A stretch of DNA of 64,000 nt, from contig JBAZKN010000002.1 of the NCBI GenBank assembly GCA_041650755.1, positions 5,030 through 69,029 of the forward strand, written 5' to 3'. Both the position numbers and the translations under genes were made by a program. This document shows positions 52,117 to 60,651 of this stretch, one piece after another; position 1 is the stretch's first letter; the number at the start of each line of letters is the position of its first letter. This DNA is from Patescibacteria group bacterium (lineage in GTDB: Bacteria > Patescibacteriota > Patescibacteriia > UBA1558 > GWA2-36-10). Below the pieces are notes generated by a model, which saw only the letters and a list, made by a program, of their open reading frames with translations, had not been told where the DNA came from and did no database searches.

Positions 52117-54718
52117 TTATATGCATTTTTTTGAGCAGCCAATTTTTAGCTATCTGTGTGCTGGTGAAATATAGCAGTAAGATGATTGCTAGATATAGCC
52201 AATAGCGAGGCGGCGGCATTACTAGACCAAGATAGTTGGCTAGAGGCGAAAAAGGCAGATAGATGCCTATCGCAGATATAGCTAAAGTGGTGATAATCAA
52301 TGGCCAGCTGGCGCGGCTTTGAATAAAAGGCAGGCGGCGGGTGCGAATAACGTGAATGATTAGAGTTTGGCTCAAGAGAGATTCTATGAACCAGCCAGTA
52401 TGGAAAAGGGCCGGGTTGAACCAACAGTTGAAAGCTAAAATCATAGTAAAATAGGTGATATAGTCAAAGATGGAGCTGATTGGCCCGATTGATAAAATAA
52501 ATTTTTTGATGTGCTCGGTACTTAGAGTTTCTTGCCGCTTAAGCTGTTCTTTGTCAACATTGTCGGTGGGGATAGTAGTTTGGGAAATGTCATAAAGCAA
52601 ATTGTTGAGTAAGATCTGTAGAGGCAGCATAGGCAAAAATGGCAAGAAAATACTGCTGCCGACTACGCTTAGCATATTGCCAAAATTTGAGCTGGCCGCC
52701 ATGCGTATGTATTTTATAATATTAGAAAAAATGCGGCGTCCTTCCAAGACTCCATCTTTGAGGACGAGCAAATTTTTCTCCAGCAGGATAATGTCAGATG
52801 ACTCCTTGGCAATATTGGCTCCACCATCTACTGATATACCGACATCGGCTGCCCGTAAAGCCGGGGCGTCGTTGATGCCATCGCCCAAGTAGCCGACTGT
52901 ATGTTGGTTTTGTCGTAAGGCGCGGATAACCCTTTCTTTGTGCAGAGGAGAAAGTCGAGCAAAAATATTATTTTCTTCAACTAATTTACTTAAAAGTTGA
53001 TCGCTGGCTGATTCGATTTCTTGGTCGGTCACTATGCCCTTTATTTTAAAGTCCACTTGTTGGCAGACTTGTTGGGTAATCAGGTGATTGTCGCCGGTCA
53101 ATATTTTTATATCAACGCCCAGTTCGGCCAATTCTTTTATGGTATTTTTGGTGCTGGGTTTCGGTGGGTCCAAAAAAGCTAAGTAGCCTAAAAAAGTCAA
53201 CTCTTTTTCATCGTGATGGGTGTATTTTTTTTCACGGACAGCAGTTTTTTTTATGGCCAAGCCCAAAACTCTAAAACCATCGTTGCTCAACTGTTCAAAA
53301 TCTTTTTTTAAGCGAATAAAAATTTGTTTATTGACGTGATGGCTTTGGCCAGCCAGCTCATAGGAGTCGCAGCGGGCAAAAATTTCTTCAGCTGCACCTT
53401 TGGCAATTAAATAATGGTGTTCCCGGTCTTTGACTACTATAGACATTAACTTGCGTTCAAAATCAAAAGGTATTTCAGCCACCTTTTTGTATTGAGAAAT
53501 AGGGACATCCTCATAGTGCAATATAGCCTGATCTAGTATATTTTTTAATCCAGTCTGAAAATAGCTGTTTAAATAAGCATATTTGAGAACGGTCGGGCTT
53601 TCTTGGTGATTAATATCACAATGTTTTTCCAAAATAATTCTATTGAGGGTCAGAGTGCCGGTTTTATCGGTGCACAAGATATCCATGGCCCCAAAATTTT
53701 GAATGGCGCTTAGGTGTTTGATGACCACTTTTTTCTTGGCCATGCGCAGAGCACCGTTGGATAAGTTGACAGTCACTATCATGGGCAGCATTTCTGGGGC
53801 CAGCCCCACGGCTACAGCCAGAGCAAACAAAAAGGATTGCCAAAAGTCACCCTTGGTCAAAAGATTTATCAAAAATACGGCTGGCACCATGATCAATACA
53901 AATCGCATGATCAACTTGGTGAAATTCTTTATCCATTTATCAAAGTTGGTCAGCTCTCGATCAGCTAAAATCGTCTTGACCATTGACCCAAAATAAGTTT
54001 CTTGGCCGGTGGCCACCACCACAGCCTTGCCAATGCCGCTATCTACATTGGTGCCCATAAAGCATATGTTGGAAAAATAAAGCGGGTTTTTGAGGTCTTG
54101 CTGCTCTAGGTCTTCGGTTTTTATTACCGGTAGCGATTCGCCAGTCAACATTGATTGGTCAATCAAAAGATTTTGTGATTCGATCAACCTGATGTCAGCC
54201 GGTATCATGTCGCCGGCTGTTAAAGATATGATATCGCCTGGCACTAGTCGGGGTAAGGATATTTTTTTAGTTTCACCGTCACGGATGACCGTGGCCTGGC
54301 TCTTGATGATTTTTTCTAATTTATCGGCAGCTAGTTGGGCCCTAGTTTCCTGCCAAAATTTTATTACAGCGCTTATCAGCACCATGACTAGAATCATGAC
54401 CACAGAGGCTGGGTTATTGGTCAAAAGTGATATGAAAGCTAAGGCCAGTAATAAGATAGCCAAGGGGTCCTTGAAAGCCAAAATCAACCTCAGGGTTATT
54501 GGTTTGGGTTTTTGTTGAGTGGTGATATTTAGCCCATATTTTATTAGGCGATGTTTTACCTCATTTTTATCTAGGCCGCCTAGCTTGCTGTTGAGATTAT
54601 GTAAAACCTGCTTATAATTCTGATAGGCGGCCTGTTTTAAGGATAATAAAATTTTTTCACCTGGCTGGTGGGCGGTGGTCTTATCAGAGTGTCTTAAAAC
54701 TAAGCGCAGTGAGTTCAT
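52112..54718 (-). CDS. mgtA: Magnesium-translocating P-type ATPase
   Basis: DKTGTLT phosphorylation site, TGESLP, and the GDGINDAPALRAADVGI hinge. 868 aa with MgtA-like topology. Confidence 0.85.
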   Translation of the reverse strand: MNSLRLVLRHSDKTTAHQPGEKILLSLKQAAYQNYKQVLHNLNSKLGGLDKNEVKHRLIKYGLNITTQQKPKPITLRLILAFKDPLAILLLALAFISLLTNNPASVVMILVMVLISAVIKFWQETRAQLAADKLEKIIKSQATVIRDGETKKISLPRLVPGDIISLTAGDMIPADIRLIESQNLLIDQSMLTGESLPVIKTEDLEQQDLKNPLYFSNICFMGTNVDSGIGKAVVVATGQETYFGSMVKTILADRELTNFDKWIKNFTKLIMRFVLIMVPAVFLINLLTKGDFWQSFLFALAVAVGLAPEMLPMIVTVNLSNGALRMAKKKVVIKHLSAIQNFGAMDILCTDKTGTLTLNRIILEKHCDINHQESPTVLKYAYLNSYFQTGLKNILDQAILHYEDVPISQYKKVAEIPFDFERKLMSIVVKDREHHYLIAKGAAEEIFARCDSYELAGQSHHVNKQIFIRLKKDFEQLSNDGFRVLGLAIKKTAVREKKYTHHDEKELTFLGYLAFLDPPKPSTKNTIKELAELGVDIKILTGDNHLITQQVCQQVDFKIKGIVTDQEIESASDQLLSKLVEENNIFARLSPLHKERVIRALRQNQHTVGYLGDGINDAPALRAADVGISVDGGANIAKESSDIILLEKNLLVLKDGVLEGRRIFSNIIKYIRMAASSNFGNMLSVVGSSIFLPFLPMLPLQILLNNLLYDISQTTIPTDNVDKEQLKRQETLSTEHIKKFILSIGPISSIFDYITYFTMILAFNCWFNPALFHTGWFIESLLSQTLIIHVIRTRRLPFIQSRASWPLIITTLAISAIGIYLPFSPLANYLGLVMPPPRYWLYLAIILLLYFTSTQIAKNWLLKKMHIN

Positions 54719-54839
54719 TTTTTGTTTTTGCTTTGATTAAATATATTATAACACAAATCGCGATTTTTGGGGGATAAACTATTTTATTTTTAAATCAAAG
54801 TGGTATAATAAATTTGCCTTTAATTTTAAATTTAAATTC

Positions 54840-56129
54840 ATGGGAAAGAAATTTTTATTTATTAGTATTGAGGGTTTGCTTTGCGATATTGCTTGGATTA
54901 TTTCCAAGGAGGGCAACGAAGTAAAATTTTATATTAGAGATGCCAGCGCTAACGACATTGGTCTTGGCTTTGTGGAGCGAGTCGATAATTGGGAAAATTG
55001 GGTTGACTGGGCAGACGTCATTGTCTTTGATGATGTTTTGGGGCATGGTGCTATGGCTGAAGATTTGCGCAAACAGGGCAAGCTGGTCATAGGCGGTACC
55101 AGGTATACCGATCGTCTGGAAGATGACAGGAGTTTTGGCCAGGAGGAGATGAAAAAACACGGCATTTCCATTATTCCTTATCAAATTTTTACCTCCTTTG
55201 ATGAGGCCGTTGAGTTTGTCAAAAAAAATCCCTCCCGTTATGTTATTAAATCAAGCGGCGAATCACACGTTTCTAAGGCTTTTTTATTTATTGGCGAAGA
55301 GGATGACGGTCAGGATGTCTTGCATATTTTGGAGGCCTATAAAAAAGTTTTTGCTGATCAGGTCAAAGAGCTCCAGCTGCAAAAGAGGGTAGTCGGCGTT
55401 GAGGTGGCAGTGGGAGCATTTTTTAATGGGCATATTTTTTTGAATCCGATCAATGTAAATTTTGAACATAAAAAATTATTCCCCGGCAACATCGGCCCCT
55501 CGACCGGTGAAATGGGCACCAGCATGTTTTGGAGTATGCCCAATAAGATATTTAATGCCACTTTAAAAAAATTGGAAGAAAAATTACGCGAAGAGCATTT
55601 TGTCGGCTATATTGATATTAATTGCATAGTCAACGGTAACGGCATTTATCCCCTGGAATTTACTTCCCGCTTTGGTTATCCGACTATTTTTATTCAACAA
55701 GAGGGCATAGCTATGCCGATGGGAGAATTCTTTTACAAAATGGCAGCCGGCGAAGATTTTGCCATCAAGACCAAAAAGGGTTTTCAAATAGGTGTCAGGA
55801 TTATAGTGCCGCCCTATCCATTTGATGACCCAGCCACCTTTGATTCTTTTTCTAAAAATGCCGTGATTTTGTTCAGAAAGCCAAATTATGATGGTGTGCA
55901 TTTTGAAGATGCCAAGCAAGATAAGGGCGAATGGCTGGTAGCCGGCGATGCCGGCGTAGTGCTGACTGTCACCGGCAGTGGATTGACCATGAAACAGGCC
56001 CAACGGCATGTGTATAATCGGGTGAGTAACATCATGATACCTAACATGTATTATCGTACGGATATTGGCGATCGCTGGTATGAAGATAGCGATAAGTTAA
56101 ATACCTGGGGCTATTTAAGAGACTCATAA
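54840..56129 (+). CDS. Phosphoribosylamine--glycine ligase (PurD)-like ATP-grasp enzyme, divergent
   Basis: VIKSSGESHVSKAF compared with PurD VIKADGLAAGKGV. GNIGPSTGEMG compared with GPNTGGMG. EFTSRFGYPT compared with EFNCRFGDPE. 429 aa. Confidence 0.6.
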   Translation: MGKKFLFISIEGLLCDIAWIISKEGNEVKFYIRDASANDIGLGFVERVDNWENWVDWADVIVFDDVLGHGAMAEDLRKQGKLVIGGTRYTDRLEDDRSFGQEEMKKHGISIIPYQIFTSFDEAVEFVKKNPSRYVIKSSGESHVSKAFLFIGEEDDGQDVLHILEAYKKVFADQVKELQLQKRVVGVEVAVGAFFNGHIFLNPINVNFEHKKLFPGNIGPSTGEMGTSMFWSMPNKIFNATLKKLEEKLREEHFVGYIDINCIVNGNGIYPLEFTSRFGYPTIFIQQEGIAMPMGEFFYKMAAGEDFAIKTKKGFQIGVRIIVPPYPFDDPATFDSFSKNAVILFRKPNYDGVHFEDAKQDKGEWLVAGDAGVVLTVTGSGLTMKQAQRHVYNRVSNIMIPNMYYRTDIGDRWYEDSDKLNTWGYLRDS

Positions 56130-56131
56130 AT

Positions 56132-56914
56132 ATGGCAAAAATAGGTTTAGTGTTGAGCGGCGGTGGGACAAGGGGCCTAGCCCATATCGGTGCTTTAAAA
56201 ATTTTACAGGCTTTGGGCATAAAATTTGATTATGTGGCTGGTTGTAGCATCGGTGCCATCATCGGTGCTTTTTATGCGGCCGGCAAGAGCGCCAAAGAGA
56301 TGGAGGATTTTATTTTATTAAACAAGGTTTATAAATTATTAAATTTTTCCTTATCATCGCTGGGCATAAACAAGACAAGTAATTTAGAGAAGGCCATTTT
56401 TGATGTTATCAAAGTAAAAAAATTTGAAGAATTAAAATTGCCGCTTTTTATCAATGCTACCAACTTGAGCCAAGGCCAGGAAGTTATTTTTAAATCGGGT
56501 GATTTATTTGCCGCCATTAGGGCCAGCATTGCCGTGCCGGGAGTATTTGCTCCGGCAAAAATAAAGGGGGACTTTTATGTTGATGGCGGAGTCTTAAACC
56601 AAAATCCATTTGCCATTTTGCCCAAAGATACCAGTCATTATATCATTATTAATGCTTCACCTTTTGAAAAAATGGGGTATAAGAAAAAATTAAATTTAGT
56701 AGATATTTTGGCAGCCAGTATAAAAATGATGCAAAACGAGATTAGTTATTTGAAGCTTTCCCAAGTGCCAGACGACAAGGTAGTATTGATTGAGCCAGAT
56801 TTGGAGGGGCGCAGTCTTTTGCAGGGCACTAAACATTTTCATGATTTGATAAGAAAGGGAGAACAGGCAGCCCTAGCTAAGCGGTCAGAAATAAAAAATA
56901 AATTTAATATCTAA
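56132..56914 (+). CDS. Patatin-like phospholipase (canonical)
   Basis: GGGTRG oxyanion box, GCSIG nucleophile elbow and the DGG catalytic Asp. Confidence 0.8.
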   Translation: MAKIGLVLSGGGTRGLAHIGALKILQALGIKFDYVAGCSIGAIIGAFYAAGKSAKEMEDFILLNKVYKLLNFSLSSLGINKTSNLEKAIFDVIKVKKFEELKLPLFINATNLSQGQEVIFKSGDLFAAIRASIAVPGVFAPAKIKGDFYVDGGVLNQNPFAILPKDTSHYIIINASPFEKMGYKKKLNLVDILAASIKMMQNEISYLKLSQVPDDKVVLIEPDLEGRSLLQGTKHFHDLIRKGEQAALAKRSEIKNKFNI

Positions 56915-56924
56915 AAATAAAAAA

Positions 56925-56962
56925 CCGCCCGGACCAAGTTCGGCCAGCGGGCGAGGAGGTGG
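56925..56962 (-). terminator. Intrinsic terminator for the small minus-strand gene
   Basis: ccgcccgctggccgaacttggtccgggcgg followed by tttttattttt on the minus strand. Confidence 0.7.
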
Positions 56963-56969
56963 GGTGAAA

Positions 56970-57182
56970 CTATCTTGCCAGACGGGCGCGGATCGGACCG
57001 CGAGGATAGCGGCGTGGATTGCGGCGGCGCAAGCCTTCTCCCAAGCCCTCGGCTTGGGTTTTGGATCTTGCCCATAAGTTGGCCACAAACACTTCTTGGC
57101 CTTGGGCGTCTACATAGACATTGTAATACTGCTTTTTGTTCTTGTCTGGAGAAGGACGGCTGGTGTTGGAGCATCTAGACAT
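56970..57182 (-). CDS. Small basic protein (70 aa), high-GC micro-cassette I
   Basis: SD GGGGAGG 8 nt before the ATG. MSRCSNTSRPSPDKNKKQYYNVYVDAQGQEVFVANLWAR... GC about 58%. Has its own terminator. Confidence 0.45.
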   Translation of the reverse strand: MSRCSNTSRPSPDKNKKQYYNVYVDAQGQEVFVANLWARSKTQAEGLGEGLRRRNPRRYPRGPIRARLAR

Positions 57183-57367
57183 CTTGTTGGCCTCCCCAAA
57201 GAGCAGAAGGAACAGATGGTAGCAAAAGCAATCCTAGTTTCAATTTTAAATATTGTCAAGCTCGTGCTATATTGATTATATATGGCCGATAGGACATATC
57301 ATATTATTGGCTGATTGTGGTAGTAGCTTAAGCATAGGTTCAATCAGGCCCTAAGATTGATAACACC

Positions 57368-57814
57368 ATGCAGATTATTAGTTCAAAATTTGCCAATCAA
57401 CAAATCATACCTAGTGACTATACTTGCGATGGCCGCGACGTTAATCCGCCACTGGAGTTTAAAGAGGTACCAGAAAATACCAAAAGTTTGGTGTTGATCA
57501 TGGACGACCCTGATGCTATGAAGCCGGCCGGTAAGGTTTGGGATCATTGGATAATTTTTAATATTCCGCCGGACATCAGAACAATAAGAGAAGGCGAGGA
57601 ACCGCTTGGTGTTCATGGCTTAGGTACCAGTAACAACTTAAAATATCATGGGCCTTGCCCACCAGACGGTCAGCATCGTTATATTTTTAAGTTGTACGCC
57701 TTGGACACCAGTTTAGATTTGCCCCAGTCTAGTACCAAGGGCCAATTAGAGCAGGCGGTGTCCGGGCACATTCTGGCCCAGGCGGAACTAGTTGGTTTGT
57801 ATCAGAGAAGATGA
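57368..57814 (+). CDS. YbhB/YbcL-family PEBP (Raf kinase inhibitor-like) protein
   Basis: DGRDVNPPLEF ... DDPDA ... GKVWDHWIIFNIPPD ... HRYIFKLYALD. Confidence 0.8.
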   Translation: MQIISSKFANQQIIPSDYTCDGRDVNPPLEFKEVPENTKSLVLIMDDPDAMKPAGKVWDHWIIFNIPPDIRTIREGEEPLGVHGLGTSNNLKYHGPCPPDGQHRYIFKLYALDTSLDLPQSSTKGQLEQAVSGHILAQAELVGLYQRR

Positions 57815-58452
57815 TTTTTTAGTAATTCAATAACTTCTTGATCGGTCGTTTGCTCAAATTCCTCATAAAAATTTCCCACAGCGCCAAAGTAGTCTGGCGC
57901 CTCCAGATAAACCAATTTATCAACTAATTTTTTTATTGTTTGAGCTGTGTCGCGGGCAATCACCGGCACGGCTACAATTATTTTTTTTGGTTTTTGTGGG
58001 CCGACAGCCAAAAGGGAGGCTCGCATAGTAGCCCCGGTAGCTATACCATCATCTACTAAAATAGCGGTTTTATTTTTTAGTATCAGCGGCGGCCGATTGG
58101 CTCGGTATATTTTTTGGCGTCGCGCGGCTTCTTGCTTGGCGGCGGCTATGCTTTGCTCAAGATAAACATCAGATATGCCGTAAGCAACGATTGAACCATG
58201 ATCCAGGAAAGCTTCTCCGGCCAGAGTGACAGCACCAATAGCAAATTCTGGGTTTTGCGGGGCACTGATTTTTCTGGGTACGATGATATCGAGCGGTAAA
58301 GCTAATTTTTTGGCAACTGCCGCGGCGACTACTACACCGCCACGCGGCAAACCTAAGATGATTGCCTGCCGGTCGTTTTGGCAGGCCTTTAATTTGTCAG
58401 CTAAGTGCCGGCCAGCCGTTTGGCGATTGGTAAATATCATAATTTTTGCCAA
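57802..58452 (-). CDS. Type I phosphoribosyltransferase-family protein
   Basis: PRPP-binding loop ILVDDGIATGATM. 216 aa. Confidence 0.65.
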   Translation of the reverse strand: MAKIMIFTNRQTAGRHLADKLKACQNDRQAIILGLPRGGVVVAAAVAKKLALPLDIIVPRKISAPQNPEFAIGAVTLAGEAFLDHGSIVAYGISDVYLEQSIAAAKQEAARRQKIYRANRPPLILKNKTAILVDDGIATGATMRASLLAVGPQKPKKIIVAVPVIARDTAQTIKKLVDKLVYLEAPDYFGAVGNFYEEFEQTTDQEVIELLKNHLL

Positions 58453-59225
58453 TATTTTTGAGTGGCACGGGGATTTTGTAAGTGGAGACCAGATTGGACA
58501 TCTCTACCCAAGCCACCTTGACGCTTTATTTGGTGGGCTAGAGTATGGCGGAGGATTTGCGGGGTAATGATAAGCGGCGGCCTTAGTCGGCGGGCATATT
58601 TATCAATAATCCTTTCTACTGATCTAACCGACAGATGATTGACGACTGGATTTTTTTGCGCCCGATCAAAGTTTATAAATAACCAGGGGCTATTGTCGTG
58701 CCGCCAAGCTAAATATTTTTCCAAGTCCGCCCAAGTGAGAGGATCCAAATGAATGCTTTGCCCGTTGATAAATATTTCTTGTTTAATAGTATCGATATCG
58801 TGGCGTTTTAATTTGATTAGTTGGCTGACTTTTAAGCCGCTGTAGTAGAGTATTTCCAGCATAGCTTTATCGCGCCGGCCGATCAGGCTTGTTTGATCAG
58901 AATCAGCAGCCAAAAAAGCAGTCAGCTGTTTTTGGCTTAGCACTTTGACGGCCGGCGCTTGATAGGAAAGCAAGGCAAACTTAAATTTGACCTGTAAAAA
59001 CTCCAGATAGTCGTTGATGATAATAAAATGCAGGTTGAGGCTGCCGACATTTTGGCGCGAGCGTAATAATCGCTCTTGATATTTTTTTAGATTAGCAGTG
59101 TTTATTTTTTGTTTGCCCAAACTAAGCAGAAATTTATCTATATGCCAGAGATAATTTTTAATGGTCAAAGGTTTTAGGCCACGTTTTTTGAGCAGATTTT
59201 GGTATTTGTTTATATTTTTTTCCAT
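58437..59225 (-). CDS. Tyrosine site-specific recombinase (XerC/XerD-like, short form)
   Basis: N-terminal core-binding-like LKPLTIKNYLWHIDKFL, R...HxxR box (ILRHTLAHQ), and C-terminal GGLGRDVQSGLHLQNPRATQKY with the catalytic Tyr. The start codon is 2 nt from structured-element copy 2. Confidence 0.75.
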   Translation of the reverse strand: MEKNINKYQNLLKKRGLKPLTIKNYLWHIDKFLLSLGKQKINTANLKKYQERLLRSRQNVGSLNLHFIIINDYLEFLQVKFKFALLSYQAPAVKVLSQKQLTAFLAADSDQTSLIGRRDKAMLEILYYSGLKVSQLIKLKRHDIDTIKQEIFINGQSIHLDPLTWADLEKYLAWRHDNSPWLFINFDRAQKNPVVNHLSVRSVERIIDKYARRLRPPLIITPQILRHTLAHQIKRQGGLGRDVQSGLHLQNPRATQKYWQKL

Positions 59226-59226
59226 A

Positions 59227-59292
59227 AATTTACCTTGTTAAATAGTTCCGCAAGGCGGAACTGCCGCTTTGTGGCATTTAACAGAGTAAATT
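59227..59292 (+). repeat. Structured 66-bp element, copy 2
   Basis: aatttaccttGTTAAAT ag ttccgc-aag-gcggaa ct gccgc-ttt-gtggc ATTTAACagagtaaatt. Same architecture as copy 1, with compensatory changes in the inner stems. Confidence 0.7.
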
Positions 59293-59388
59293 TTATCATA
59301 AAACGACACAAAAAGAAAAACTCGCCGCGTGAGTCCACCTGATGGTGGCGCAGCGAGCTTGAGGGAGAGGGGGGGGTGGGCGGGGTGC

Positions 59389-59868
59389 TTATGTCGAAGG
59401 AGGGTCGACAGCCCTGGTAAGGAAGATGAGGTTTCCCATTCGCCCGTTAAGTCGAGCGATTACAGAGATCGAGACGTCGCGCAGGCAATAGCCCTGGTCG
59501 AGCTTGTGCAGCATGAAATCGTCGATGCGGCCATAGACGCTGGTCGGCAGGATGGTCGTGTTGCCCCTAGTGACCACTGTGTCATCCGGGCTGTAGCAAT
59601 CACCAGTGATGTTGTAGCTGATTTCAATCAGGCCAACTCGCGTCTTGATCTGCTCTTGGTGTGCGTTGCAGTAGTTGACTGTGGCATTCAGACCTTGGTC
59701 GTAGTAGACCATCAAGGCCGCATTCATCATCTGCGCGGCGGAATCTTGGATGGCGGCGATCTCGTCTTTGTTGGGTCCGGTGTGGTGGGCGATTGCGATG
59801 ATGATCACAACCAAGAGTAGTAGGGAGGCAATCGCTGCCGACATATTGTTTCGGTTCATGGGAGTCAC
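59389..59868 (-). CDS. Secreted/membrane-anchored Cys-containing protein (159 aa), high-GC cassette J
   Basis: SD gAAAGGTGactcc ATG. Signal/anchor AAIASLLLLVVIIIAIAHH. Five Cys. GC about 58%. Terminator hairpin after the stop (about 59330-59385). Confidence 0.55.
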   Translation of the reverse strand: MTPMNRNNMSAAIASLLLLVVIIIAIAHHTGPNKDEIAAIQDSAAQMMNAALMVYYDQGLNATVNYCNAHQEQIKTRVGLIEISYNITGDCYSPDDTVVTRGNTTILPTSVYGRIDDFMLHKLDQGYCLRDVSISVIARLNGRMGNLIFLTRAVDPPST

Positions 59869-59939
59869 CTTTCAAATGAATGAACATTACCCCACATTCC
59901 CTGGGGCAGGGGTTTATGGCTATTTGCCAACAACTTTAT

Positions 59940-59968
59940 ATAATAACATATATTTAATTATTTGTCAA
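59940..59968 (-). promoter_or_regulatory. Near-consensus sigma70 promoter TTGACA-N17-TATTAT driving cassette J
   Basis: Minus strand: ttgaca aataattaaatatatgt tattat. A roughly 70-nt leader with the hairpin cccctgcccc/gggg follows. Confidence 0.5.
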
Positions 59969-60105
59969 TAATGTTAAAAAAAATTGACTTTTTACCTGCA
60001 AAATGTTAGTCTATGATTACTTTTAATCATAGAACCCTATGCTTGGTTTGGCCCGACTTAGCTAACTTGAGGTCAGGCTCGGCTTTTGGGAGAAAGGTAA
60101 ATATT

Positions 60106-60468
60106 ATGTTAGACAAGAAGAAAAAGATTAAAATCATCGAAAAGTTCAAAACCCACAAAAATGACACCGGTTCTCCGGAGGTGCAAATTGCTATTTTGAC
60201 AGAAGAGATCAAAGAACTGACCAAGCATTTGCGGGAAAATAAAAAAGACTTTTCTTCTCGCCGCGGCCTACTGGCCAAGGTATCTTTGCGCCATCGTCTC
60301 TTGCGCTATTTGGAGCGGGAAGACGAAAAGCGTTTTGTTAAACTCATCAAGGCTTTGGGTTTAAAGTTTGCCAAAAAGGAAAAACAGGATATTTTGGGAG
60401 ACGAGATGATCTTGGGTGCTCCAGAAGAAGCCGAGACCAGCGAAGACAGCAAAGAAATAAAAGAATAA
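60106..60468 (+). CDS. rpsO: Ribosomal protein S15 with ~30-aa acidic C-terminal extension
   Basis: TGSPEVQIAILTEEIKELTKHL ... SRRGLLAKVSLRHRLLRYL. Extension KFAKKEKQDILGDEMILGAPEEAETSEDSKEIKE. A 90-nt structured leader lies upstream. Confidence 0.85.
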   Translation: MLDKKKKIKIIEKFKTHKNDTGSPEVQIAILTEEIKELTKHLRENKKDFSSRRGLLAKVSLRHRLLRYLEREDEKRFVKLIKALGLKFAKKEKQDILGDEMILGAPEEAETSEDSKEIKE

Positions 60469-60477
60469 TTTTTATGA

Positions 60478-60515
60478 AACCCCAAGGCCGTAAAAACCTT
60501 AGGGTTTTATAAAAT
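60478..60515 (+). terminator. rpsO-pnp intergenic hairpin/terminator
   Basis: ccccaagg ccgtaaaaa ccttaggg tttt. Confidence 0.55.
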
Positions 60516-60651
60516 AAATATATTAACAATTAAGGCAAAATAGCGGAGCTTTAGTAGTTGGTAGGCAGATTTTAGATCATGGACAGTGATCTGGAATTTG
60601 TCATATCAACTATAGAACCGACATTTTGCCTATAGGAAAGTATCAAAAAAT

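Noticed and set aside
54719-54839. M-box (Mg) riboswitch upstream of mgtA
   Set aside because: The intergenic region is only 120 bp and is shared with the divergent purD-like promoter, which is too short for the ~160-nt M-box. No conserved M-box helices.
58437-59292. Calling the locus a bona fide integron (intI plus attC)
   Set aside because: Only the R-box-like heptamers and a hairpin are seen. The recombinase is too short for the IntI extra domain, the cassette and recombinase are co-oriented, and only two element copies are visible. Kept as a hypothesis, not an annotation.
59329-59887. Plus-strand ORF 59329-59820 and minus ORF 59624-59887 in cassette J
   Set aside because: They overlap the SD-led 159-aa secreted protein gene. 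No translation signals.
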